DNA from: a virus | Lineage: Duplodnaviria; Caudoviricetes | IMG/VR virus record: IMGVR_UViG_3300042433_000009 | Span: 1 to 30,999 of that record | Direction: 5' to 3' (one strand) | DNA: 30,999 bases | Shown: in pieces, positions 7,635-15,422 of the stretch | Numbering within the stretch: position 1 is the first letter of the stretch | How the letters are laid out: every line of letters begins with the position of its first letter | Translations under genes and position numbers: made by a program | Notes under the pieces: model-generated | What the model was told of the DNA's origin: nothing | Database searches by the model: none | The model's input: the letters and a program-made list of their open reading frames with translations, nothing else

Positions 7635-9970
7635 ATATTCATAGCTTTAATTGTTAATTCATCCCATATATCTATCTCTTTTACCTCCTGTACAAATGAC
7701 AATCTAGTACTGCCTCCATTCCTATTGGTAGAGCAGATATATCCTTTGTATTCGCAGTACTTTTTAAAGTTAATTGTGATGCTGTTCTGTGTTATGTAGT
7801 TCTTTTTATCAGGGAATGCATTGCAGAATGAATCGTATAACTGTTCTTTAACTGAGTAGTAAGTATCCTCTTTTAGATCCTCAAAGAAATAGTACATCTC
7901 ACTGCTAATCTCATCTAATATCTTTCTAAAGTTTAGATTAATAGTAGGCATCTCTATAAGACCTATATTAAGATATATTTGTATGCATTCCTGGCAGTAA
8001 TTGTCAAAGGCTGCCCATTGGTCATCATCCCAATCAACAAACAGCTCATGACCAAATAGATCTACAGGAGTAAACTTATCATTGAATGTCTTAGCCATCT
8101 CCACCTCATACTTTCTAGCATTGAAAGATGCACCATTGCCTGAGATAGTATAGTTGGTAGTGATAATAATCTTAGGGCTGTTAGTTACATCTAGTTTAAT
8201 AGAATCCTTACCTTTGTATTCAATAGTAATACCCTCAGTAATCACACTGAATAAGCTCTCAAAGTTGAATTTCTTTTTAACATCATCAAATACTAATATC
8301 TGACAATCAGTAGATACATTTTGATAGGGAAATTTATTTTGAAAGTCAAACAACTTACCATCTAAGCTCTGCACTTTCTTAAGATGCCCCATTGCATTCC
8401 AAAACAATCCCTTTCCACTTCTACCATTAGGCACATCAGAGATAGCCTCATCATTAAAGATGATAGCTTTGTTATTACTCCTATCCTTATAGCTGTGCAG
8501 GAGGTATCCGATTACAGTCTGAAATGCTTTGTACTTACTTTTATCTTTACCTGCTATATTCCATATAAAAGTTCTAAATTCTGAGCTGTGGTGATCTGTT
8601 TTCTTAAAGTCTCTATTGATGACCTGGTCTCTCCAAATAGATAAATCCATATCAACATAAGATAGCACCTCTTTTTTATCTTTAGATACCTTTACTATGC
8701 AATTAGTATAGAATAGATATGCACTATCTTTGTCATCTTTTAATAGACTTACATTCTTACTAGTCAATATCCCTAAAAATTCTCTCTTAAAAAACTTAAG
8801 ATTTCCACTCATCAAATTATAAACTCCCTCAGGCTTATCATTAGAGGTTATGTAATCTAATACAAAATCTTTTATATCTTTCTCATATACCTCATTTAAA
8901 AATATACCCTCTTTTTTAATCATTTGAAATGTGCCATTTTTCTCAGGGGAATGCTTAAAGAAATCATTGTTATCTAAGAATGTTTTGAACTTAAAGTTGT
9001 TGAGATTGTAAGCTCCATTCTGAGTAGTGGACCAAAAGTCATCATCTACCATCTTAAATTTCTTTTTCAATGCCTCTTTAGCAGCATTCCAATCTCCATT
9101 ATGCTTGACTAAAGTATAGATATTAAATGGTGAATAAGATTGCTTAGATTCAAATGGCTTTATAGCTCCTCCATCCTCACTAAATATATAGAACATATTA
9201 TTTTGAAAGCCAAAAGTAGCTGAAAATCCATCTTTTATATCTTTGTTAGGTCTAGTCCAATACTCTGAGCCATCCTTTCTCTTATTGCAGAACTGCCATC
9301 CTATGCCCTTAAGCAGCTCCTTAGCCTCTTCTCCATTCTCAAGGTTATATTTACCATCAGGAGTAGTATCTTTCCAGGTCTCTGCCCACTTTCTATCAGA
9401 TGTATCTTTGTGAGGTAGACTAATAGTATGATGCTGATTATAAGATGTAATTAAATCAAAGACATTATTAATATCATCATCAAAATAGCTTAGCTTTATG
9501 TACTCCTCACCACCGATATGACTATATCCACTAGATGGATAGCAGGCACAGTACTGACCATTGCCTCTCATCTCTACCATTGTAGCTCCTGTAGGATATT
9601 TAGCAAATACTCTACCATTAAACTTCTCTTTTGATCTAAAGTAAACATGATAGCCACCTCCTGCTGTAGTGTAACAGGATAGCATCCCATCTTTAATGAG
9701 CATCTTAATGGATGGCACATTAATAAAGTCATCAAATGTATCTTTGATAGGCTCACCATTATGGCAATCAAAGTCAATGCAGTAAAATTCACTAACTAAT
9801 CCACAGGCTATCCCTATTTTTTCAGCTTTTAAGAATCTACTATCTACATCTGTAATAGTTTCATATAAAAAATTATGACCTGCCTCAAGCATTGGAGCTT
9901 TGCTGTTCCAAAGTGGTAGAGGATTCAATCCCTCTGCTATTAATTCATGTGCTACATCTATTAGATTCAT
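7631..9970 (-). CDS. Bifunctional primase-polymerase (Prim-Pol) fused to an SF3-like helicase
   Basis: N-terminal GIACG, IDFD, TAGGGYHVYF, EMRGNG; C-terminal Walker A NGRSGKG, Walker B VFDD, motif C IIITTN. Confidence 0.88.
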   Translation of the reverse strand: MNLIDVAHELIAEGLNPLPLWNSKAPMLEAGHNFLYETITDVDSRFLKAEKIGIACGLVSEFYCIDFDCHNGEPIKDTFDDFINVPSIKMLIKDGMLSCYTTAGGGYHVYFRSKEKFNGRVFAKYPTGATMVEMRGNGQYCACYPSSGYSHIGGEEYIKLSYFDDDINNVFDLITSYNQHHTISLPHKDTSDRKWAETWKDTTPDGKYNLENGEEAKELLKGIGWQFCNKRKDGSEYWTRPNKDIKDGFSATFGFQNNMFYIFSEDGGAIKPFESKQSYSPFNIYTLVKHNGDWNAAKEALKKKFKMVDDDFWSTTQNGAYNLNNFKFKTFLDNNDFFKHSPEKNGTFQMIKKEGIFLNEVYEKDIKDFVLDYITSNDKPEGVYNLMSGNLKFFKREFLGILTSKNVSLLKDDKDSAYLFYTNCIVKVSKDKKEVLSYVDMDLSIWRDQVINRDFKKTDHHSSEFRTFIWNIAGKDKSKYKAFQTVIGYLLHSYKDRSNNKAIIFNDEAISDVPNGRSGKGLFWNAMGHLKKVQSLDGKLFDFQNKFPYQNVSTDCQILVFDDVKKKFNFESLFSVITEGITIEYKGKDSIKLDVTNSPKIIITTNYTISGNGASFNARKYEVEMAKTFNDKFTPVDLFGHELFVDWDDDQWAAFDNYCQECIQIYLNIGLIEMPTINLNFRKILDEISSEMYYFFEDLKEDTYYSVKEQLYDSFCNAFPDKKNYITQNSITINFKKYCEYKGYICSTNRNGGSTRLSFVQEVKEIDIWDELTIKAMNI

Positions 9971-9979
9971 AATTTATAT

Positions 9980-10067
9980 AAAAAAAGAGAGTCCCCCTAA
10001 GCGAACAGCCAAGTTGATAGGGGGATTTATACTCTCTAAGATTAAAGTCTTTGTCATTTGGCTGTTC
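9980..10067 (-). promoter_or_regulatory. Structured 5' leader of primase gene: terminator with competing upstream complement
   Basis: AGAGAGT/TCCCCCTA...TAGGGGGACTCTCT+U7 hairpin; loop TTGGCTGTTC is complementary to upstream GAACAGCCAA. Confidence 0.65.
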
Positions 10068-10076
10068 TAATTTTTA

Positions 10077-10108
10077 CAAATGTAATAATAATTATTAATA
10101 CTTTACAA
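10077..10108 (-). promoter_or_regulatory. Bacteroidota promoter TTGTA-N19-TACATTTG for the primase operon
   Basis: TAnnTTTG match immediately upstream of the structured leader. Confidence 0.6.
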
Positions 10109-10110
10109 AG

Positions 10111-10359
10111 TGTGCAATCTTTTTTTATCAACATACAACTTTGCACAAACTTTGCACACCCAAAAGTTAGCAGTACCAAGGCTTTGTGCAAAGTTGGTCT
10201 TTTTTTTTACTTTTTTTTTTCATCCTGGTCTTATAGTATATATAGGGTAGGGGCTTTTTCTCAAAACTTTGCACAAATCAATCTAAAATACTGATAATCA
10301 ATGTTATTTTATGTGCAATCTTTTGTGCAAAGTTGTAAGGACCATTTTAACATTGCACA
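10111..10359. repeat. Putative replication origin: 8 TTGCACA iterons (5 as AACTTTGCACA) in both orientations around T-tracts
   Basis: Core copies at 10111, 10141, 10152, 10185, 10269, 10312, 10324, 10353; non-coding, upstream of primase-helicase. Confidence 0.7.
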
Positions 10360-10380
10360 AAAAAAGCTCCGAAGAGCTTT
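10359..10380 (-). terminator. Intrinsic terminator with UUCG loop
   Basis: AAAGCTC-TTCG-GAGCTTT followed by further Ts on the minus strand, at the end of the early ORF run. Confidence 0.85.
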
Positions 10381-10786
10381 AAATTATTTCTGCTAGTTCT
10401 TTAGCTGTCATATATTCTTTGAATTTATTGACCTTATCATATTCCCAAGGCATCTGAATCCTCACATTTATGTAATTGAACTTCTCTAATGCTGATACTT
10501 TGTACTTATCCTCATAATCTAAATCATCTGCAGCTTGCACTAATGGCTGTATCTCGTGGAGATATACTTTATCATGCATTCTGGACCATCTCCTGTGCAT
10601 TCTGATACCATGAATAACAGTAGCATGATGTCTATTCATAAGCCTACCTATTTCACTAAGTGAGAGCTTACATTTGTTTAGCCTGTACATTACATAGTAT
10701 CTCTTATAGACATAGGCTCTATTCCTAGAGTTGGTAGCTAGTTTATACTTTATAATTTGTTCTTTTAAAAATTTTAGTTCTGTCAT
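10379..10786 (-). CDS. Protein with DnaA domain IV (Bac_DnaA_C)-like HTH
   Basis: SRNRAYVYKR...LSLSEIGRLMNRHHATVIHGIR resembles DnaA SLPEIG..RDHTTVLH. Confidence 0.75.
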   Translation of the reverse strand: MTELKFLKEQIIKYKLATNSRNRAYVYKRYYVMYRLNKCKLSLSEIGRLMNRHHATVIHGIRMHRRWSRMHDKVYLHEIQPLVQAADDLDYEDKYKVSALEKFNYINVRIQMPWEYDKVNKFKEYMTAKELAEII

Positions 10787-10974
10787 TTTATTAGTTTTAC
10801 TTTGTTAAACATATCTTTTTTTACTTCATATCCAAGTGCTTCATAAAGTTTTAGATAACGGTAAACTGTTCTCATACTTACATTTAGATATTTTGCTATT
10901 GTATTCATATTTCTTGATTTTTCTTGGAGATACTCCATAAGTTTTATACACCTGTACATTTTGTTTTGATTCAT
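10783..10974 (-). CDS. Stand-alone HTH_11 winged-helix protein
   Basis: IAKYLNVSMRTVYRYLKLYEALGYEV. Confidence 0.75.
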   Translation of the reverse strand: MNQNKMYRCIKLMEYLQEKSRNMNTIAKYLNVSMRTVYRYLKLYEALGYEVKKDMFNKVKLIK

Positions 10975-10978
10975 TTTT

Positions 10979-11173
10979 TTATTTATTTAATTTATATTCT
11001 TGTTTTAATCTCTCAAGGTATAGAACAAAGTCCATTGCCTCTTCTTGTGCGTGTTGTAACCATTCTAATGTGCTTAAATCATTTCTTTCAAGTGTAGTAT
11101 TATATTTTTTAATACCTGTCTCTGAACGTTTCTTAAAACTTTCTAAAACACTTAATACAATTTTATCATTCAT
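10979..11173 (-). CDS. Conserved phage protein, all-alpha NTP-pyrophosphatase-like
   Basis: GIKKYNTTL...WLQHAQEEAMDFVLYL pattern. Confidence 0.6.
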   Translation of the reverse strand: MNDKIVLSVLESFKKRSETGIKKYNTTLERNDLSTLEWLQHAQEEAMDFVLYLERLKQEYKLNK

Positions 11174-11322
11174 ACCTCTTCAATTAATAGAATTAAATCA
11201 TCATTCTTTTGTATAAGCTGCTTAACATGATTACGATCATATGCCTCTATAATTCTAGTAACTAACTTCACAGGACCATTCCAATAGTCAAAGGTCTTGA
11301 ACACTACTTTATATATCTTCAT
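11170..11322 (-). CDS. Small hypothetical protein (50 aa, MKIYKVVFKTFDYW...)
   Basis: Read manually; ATGA coupling to the downstream gene. Confidence 0.6.
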   Translation of the reverse strand: MKIYKVVFKTFDYWNGPVKLVTRIIEAYDRNHVKQLIQKNDDLILLIEEV

Positions 11323-11515
11323 TATCATTGTTTTTTATTGGCACATCTAAGCCATACATTAAATCAAACATCTTGAAATCTCTGACAGCATTCCTCTTAC
11401 TACCCTCATAATTTTGAAAGTACCACTCTCTAAATTGTAGGTATTTTTGGTGAGTGTAATCACCATTAGCTATTTCATCCTGGACCTTAATAGCTAGCTG
11501 TGTGAACTCAGTCAT
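11309..11515 (-). CDS. Hypothetical early protein (68 aa)
   Basis: ORF track; overlaps its neighbours. Confidence 0.65.
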   Translation of the reverse strand: MTEFTQLAIKVQDEIANGDYTHQKYLQFREWYFQNYEGSKRNAVRDFKMFDLMYGLDVPIKNNDNEDI

Positions 11516-11633
11516 TGGATTTATTGTTTATGATTTGTAAATACCTGAGGTAAAGAGGCAGATTAAATCCACCTCTTATCTCTTCTGCTGTTCTTCTGCT
11601 AGTCCAAAACTTTATAATTGCGTTGAATGTCAT
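11508..11633 (-). CDS. Small hypothetical protein (41 aa, MTFNAIIKFW...)
   Basis: Read manually; ATGA coupling. Confidence 0.5.
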   Translation of the reverse strand: MTFNAIIKFWTSRRTAEEIRGGFNLPLYLRYLQIINNKSND

Positions 11634-11821
11634 AGCTTAGATTTAAGTAGGTTAAGATTTGCATCACTTAAAGGAAACTGAGACATATCTCCATCATCAG
11701 TCTCTGTAGCATCATAAGTAAATGGCTCAATAGTGCCTGCTATGTATACATCACTATCATAGTCAGTAGTCCAATTAGAAATGTATTGATTGCCATTTTT
11801 GTATAGGTCTATAAAATTCAT
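11630..11821 (-). CDS. Hypothetical early protein (start MNFIDLY)
   Basis: ORF track, re-started at the ATGA overlap. Confidence 0.6.
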   Translation of the reverse strand: MNFIDLYKNGNQYISNWTTDYDSDVYIAGTIEPFTYDATETDDGDMSQFPLSDANLNLLKSKL

Positions 11822-11949
11822 AATATAAGTTCTAAAAAAGTGAATAAAAATAAGATTGATAGTATTACAGTTGTAACAATAAGCATAGCTATAGCACATG
11901 CTATCTGCTCAGCTCCTACAGGAGTAAAGTATTTAATTAGTTTTTTCAT
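11818..11949 (-). CDS. Small single-pass membrane protein (43 aa, MKKLIKYFTP...)
   Basis: Read manually; hydrophobic C-terminal helix. Confidence 0.55.
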   Translation of the reverse strand: MKKLIKYFTPVGAEQIACAIAMLIVTTVILSILFLFTFLELIL

Positions 11950-12106
11950 TGATTTTGTCTATTAGGTTAGTAATTGCATACCATTGAGCGTAAGCCCTTA
12001 TAGTAGCTTCATCTTTTCTACCAAAAGCATCTGCACTTTCTTTAGCCTGGTCATACAGTGATTCCCACTCAGCTAGAATGATTGTCATAATTTGTTCTTT
12101 GTCCAT
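11933..12106 (-). CDS. First early gene, hypothetical (start MDKEQIM)
   Basis: First ATG after the 12140-12169 promoter, with an A-rich leader. Confidence 0.6.
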   Translation of the reverse strand: MDKEQIMTIILAEWESLYDQAKESADAFGRKDEATIRAYAQWYAITNLIDKINEKTN

Positions 12107-12139
12107 GTGTAAAAGTTTTAATTGTTGATAACTATACGC

Positions 12140-12169
12140 CAAAGATAGTATAAAGTTTTATAACTGCAA
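12140..12169 (-). promoter_or_regulatory. Major early promoter TTGCA-N17-TATCTTTG
   Basis: Canonical Bacteroidota -33/-7 boxes heading the early ORF cluster. Confidence 0.8.
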
Positions 12170-12181
12170 TAAAAAAGTGTA

Positions 12182-12538
12182 ATTTATATTCATTCTAAAT
12201 AAGGATAGGTCGCAATTTGCGACTGCAACCGCAGAATATTATAATAAATCAGGGAAACTTACCACTTGGCGGAAATACCGACAGGTTAAAACCTTAAAAC
12301 CTTTACTATTATTAAGGTTATACCCTTAAAAAGTCCAATTTATTAATTAAAAAACGGGACAAATCTAAAGTGTTACTTTGGAATTACATTATAATTATAT
12401 AGTTAATCGGAATAAAACCGATAATGTAAAGCATATCTTACAAAAGTATTGTTATTTGTAAACTATATTTAGTGTTATCTATCTAACATATTAGCTATTA
12501 ATACCTATCTGTCACAATTCTAGCTAATATATGTGACA
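12182..12538. promoter_or_regulatory. Array of about 14 distinct, abutting or overlapping operator-like inverted repeats
   Basis: For example GTCGCAA-T-TTGCGAC, AGGTT-AA-AACCT, AACCTT-N10-AAGGTT, ATCGG-N7-CCGAT, TGTAA-N8-TTACA, TTACAAA-N10-TTTGTAA, TGTCACA-N15-TGTGACA. Confidence 0.75.
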
Positions 12539-12579
12539 AAAAAAAAGCAGCTGCGTGCTGGGGAGCTTACAACTGCTTT
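12538..12579 (-). terminator. Intrinsic terminator ending the late/lysis transcript
   Basis: AAAGCAGTTG...CAGCTGCTTT hairpin running into a T9 tract on the minus strand. Confidence 0.8.
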
Positions 12580-12604
12580 CTTTAACATGAAAACAAGTGC
12601 TAAG

Positions 12605-13369
12605 TTAATGCTTATATTTGAATTTCAAAAATTCTAAGTAACTTTTATTATTTATTTTAAAATGTTTTTTACAATCATTACATAACATCCAATGATGGAT
12701 AGTACCTCCTGCAGTCACTACCTGTTTATTATATCTTACATTATAGTTTGTACATTCAGGACAGCAGAACTTCTCATCTCCCTCCATTACAGCATAGTGA
12801 GTAGATGGAGTAGTGTAGGAATTAAGTTTATTGAATACAGCTTCTAGGACAGTGACATCCATTTTGCAATACTCTACCATCTTATCCATTGCTTTCTGAT
12901 CTTTCTTAAATACTATATCTTTCCACAGGTCTAATCCTCCTGTATCCATCTTTTGACCTACTCCTAAATACTTAGCTATATAGTCTAATTTATTAGAATT
13001 AAAATTAAAGTACTTTCTAGCCCATTTAAGAGTGTCAATAGTCTTAGGTGAGGGCATAACATCAATACCATGTAATAAAGCTCTTGTACGCAACCATTTG
13101 AGGTCAAATCTATCCCCATTATGAGCCACAATTTCATCAGCCTGAGCCATAACTTTAAGGAATGCTTTTATCATTGCCTTATCTGATTGCTTTTTATCCC
13201 AAGTTAGGAACTGTACATCACCATCTGACTCCCATTTGTAGCAGATGCAGATGATTGCTCTCTCATGGATGATATCACCTGGATTGATAGTTAGATTATA
13301 TCCTGACCGCCAAAATATACCAACATTGAATGATGTCTCAATGTCAAAAAACAGTCTTTTTCTTACCAT
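12605..13369 (-). CDS. RNase H-like (DEDD; RNase_H_2/YprB-like) 3'-5' exonuclease with C-terminal Zn ribbon
   Basis: FFDIET, AHNGDRFD, YCKMDV; CPEC...CNDC. Confidence 0.85.
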   Translation of the reverse strand: MVRKRLFFDIETSFNVGIFWRSGYNLTINPGDIIHERAIICICYKWESDGDVQFLTWDKKQSDKAMIKAFLKVMAQADEIVAHNGDRFDLKWLRTRALLHGIDVMPSPKTIDTLKWARKYFNFNSNKLDYIAKYLGVGQKMDTGGLDLWKDIVFKKDQKAMDKMVEYCKMDVTVLEAVFNKLNSYTTPSTHYAVMEGDEKFCCPECTNYNVRYNKQVVTAGGTIHHWMLCNDCKKHFKINNKSYLEFLKFKYKH

Positions 13370-13782
13370 AAATATTTCTCCCTAGCAAATTTAAAGAGAT
13401 ATGATAGCAGTAAGCCTACACCTACCCCTACAAATAACAGGTTAAGATTGCCTCTAGTTCTAGGTCTTGTGGCTTTAGCCTGTGCTTTCTCTACAATACG
13501 ATCTTTGTAGATAGTTTTTACTTTTAGTCTATATTCTATTCTTTTGTCTAGTCTAGTCTTAGGCACATAGACTGTGTTATACTTTATAATAGTATCCTTA
13601 GTAGTTATAAACTTCTCCCACACTATGCTATCATGAATGATAACAGGTATAGAATCTAAAGTTGTGATTCTGATAGTATCTCCTGTCTCTTCACAGGTAT
13701 ATCCTTTCTTAATAGCTTTATTAAGATGGTATTGTGCAGAGCAGCTGCTGAGTAGTAAGATTATAGCTAAGTATCTCATCAT
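13363..13782 (-). CDS. Lipoprotein, probable unimolecular spanin
   Basis: Lipobox LSSC at the N-terminus and a C-terminal TM helix; directly after the endolysin. Confidence 0.7.
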   Translation of the reverse strand: MMRYLAIILLLSSCSAQYHLNKAIKKGYTCEETGDTIRITTLDSIPVIIHDSIVWEKFITTKDTIIKYNTVYVPKTRLDKRIEYRLKVKTIYKDRIVEKAQAKATRPRTRGNLNLLFVGVGVGLLLSYLFKFAREKYLW

Positions 13783-14243
13783 TCTTTTATTTCAAAGTGC
13801 ATCCAATCGTAGTTCTTCTCTCTACCCAAAGATATAAAGCCATGCTTGTAGAATATATCTATCATTGGCTTATAATCAGGTCTTGCAAATCTAGCAGTTT
13901 TCGATGATTCTTTAAGTAGATTTCTAGCAGGATCTAGATCAATGGCTATTCCCCATGAGTGCATGGATAGTGCTGTACCTCCCCTCATCTTTCTATAGTT
14001 GAAACAGCCACCAAATAAATCTATCCCTAACTCCTTAATCTTATCATATCCATAGGTAGCTAGAAGCTCATTGAATACAGCTGTAAAATTATCAGCTACT
14101 AACTTATGGCACATCATAGAATTGACTGAGCTGTCTAAGTCCCAAGCAATACGCATTGGATATGGTAACTTAATCTTCACTAAATATCCTGCACCTGTTA
14201 CATTAGCAGTACCATATTTAGATGTAAGTTCCCATCTAGTCAT
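13779..14243 (-). CDS. Endolysin, M15 family Zn peptidase
   Basis: FNYR...[12 protein letters not shown]...DWMHFE. Confidence 0.9.
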   Translation of the reverse strand: MTRWELTSKYGTANVTGAGYLVKIKLPYPMRIAWDLDSSVNSMMCHKLVADNFTAVFNELLATYGYDKIKELGIDLFGGCFNYRKMRGGTALSMHSWGIAIDLDPARNLLKESSKTARFARPDYKPMIDIFYKHGFISLGREKNYDWMHFEIKE

Positions 14244-14701
14244 TTCAGTTTGTTTAGGTCCTCTTTAATATCCTTAGCTCTAGCAAATAATAACTTCATT
14301 GATTGCCATAGGTCTATGCCTTTGACTATCTTATAATTCTCATTAATAGACATCACCTCTATACTAGATAATACTAGTGCCACTACTTTAGTGAGCATAA
14401 ATGGTATACTAAAAAAAGTAAGTATGATATCATTTAGTATGAATCTATCTATTAAAAAGAACATAATCACAGTAACTTCATAGAGTGCTAACTTGCTAAT
14501 GATAGATGAGAGCTTTCTGCTAGTTATTTTATCCCCTAACTTCTTAGCTTTCCATATACCTGTGATAGTATCAATGACAATTAATATTCCTATCATCAGC
14601 AGTATCCCACTTATTGGTAAAAAGAATGCAAAGCATATAGATATAAGTGTCAAAAGTTGTGATTGAATTGATATTAGTAATAGTGATAGTTGTGCTTTCA
14701 T
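14240..14701 (-). CDS. Holin (Phage_holin_4_1-like)
   Basis: TM helices, [24 protein letters not shown]; precedes the endolysin. Confidence 0.85.
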   Translation of the reverse strand: MKAQLSLLLISIQSQLLTLISICFAFFLPISGILLMIGILIVIDTITGIWKAKKLGDKITSRKLSSIISKLALYEVTVIMFFLIDRFILNDIILTFFSIPFMLTKVVALVLSSIEVMSINENYKIVKGIDLWQSMKLLFARAKDIKEDLNKLK

Positions 14702-14859
14702 TCCCTTCCCTCTATTTGTAATGCTAGAATAAAAGTAAGATAGCCTATTATACTACCTCCCATTAGCTTAAGATATATAGCAGGCTCAAATAGTAATGAT
14801 ATGCCTGTTAAGTATCCTAAACTGAATACTATTATAGATAAGACTCCTGAGTGCTTCAT
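14698..14859 (-). CDS. Small two-TM membrane protein (53 aa, MKHSGVLSII...)
   Basis: Read manually; ATGA overlaps on both sides; heads the lysis cassette. Confidence 0.6.
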   Translation of the reverse strand: MKHSGVLSIIVFSLGYLTGISLLFEPAIYLKLMGGSIIGYLTFILALQIEGRE

Positions 14860-15422
14860 AGTATTAGGATTGAATTATTGTAACCATTGTTACCTGAACC
14901 TCCACATAATCCTGTACATTCTAGCAAGCCATTAGATAGACATCCACATCCATCTATCATAGGTCTAAGGTCAGTATCTCTGTTAGTTGTACCTGTAAAT
15001 ATTGGATACAAAGCTCTGTTCTTAAGTAAATATCTAATCAATCTTTGCTCAAAAAATGCAGCCTTTTGTGCATAATGTTCCATACTGAATGCTATAGTAC
15101 CTCTATCTACAGATGAGCTGTTATCTCCGAATTGAGTCTGCAATCCTTTATTCTTTAGCTGTAATGATAGACCAAATACAGCATCCTCTGCTGCTCTCCA
15201 TGCTATAATAGGCTGTATGAATGTAACGAGAGTTTCTTCATCAGGATCTAATGTCTGATTATTGTACTTAGTAAGTAAGTCATTATAGAATGTAGTACCT
15301 AAGATAGGCATGATTCTTAGCTGAGCTTGAGTAGCTAAGTAAGGAGTAACATTGTTTACATCTACATTAGCTGTGATGGGTGTGTTATTCTTTAGATATG
15401 TTTCTGTTATAAAGTATAGCAT
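14856..15422 (-). CDS. Probable head-tail adaptor protein
   Basis: Follows the portal; AQ..IMPILG..FY and KNKGL pattern of Bacteroidota phage adaptors. Confidence 0.6.
   Translation of the reverse strand: MLYFITETYLKNNTPITANVDVNNVTPYLATQAQLRIMPILGTTFYNDLLTKYNNQTLDPDEETLVTFIQPIIAWRAAEDAVFGLSLQLKNKGLQTQFGDNSSSVDRGTIAFSMEHYAQKAAFFEQRLIRYLLKNRALYPIFTGTTNRDTDLRPMIDGCGCLSNGLLECTGLCGGSGNNGYNNSILIL

Noticed and set aside
12389-12470. Partial late-promoter matches (TATATAGTT, AACTATATT) inside the array
   Set aside because: They lack the TRAACA element at the right spacing and an adjoining ATG; expected by chance in AT-rich DNA.
12182-12538. CRISPR array or structured ncRNA
   Set aside because: No recurring repeat unit; the stems are short, overlap each other and lie downstream of a terminator with no evident promoter.
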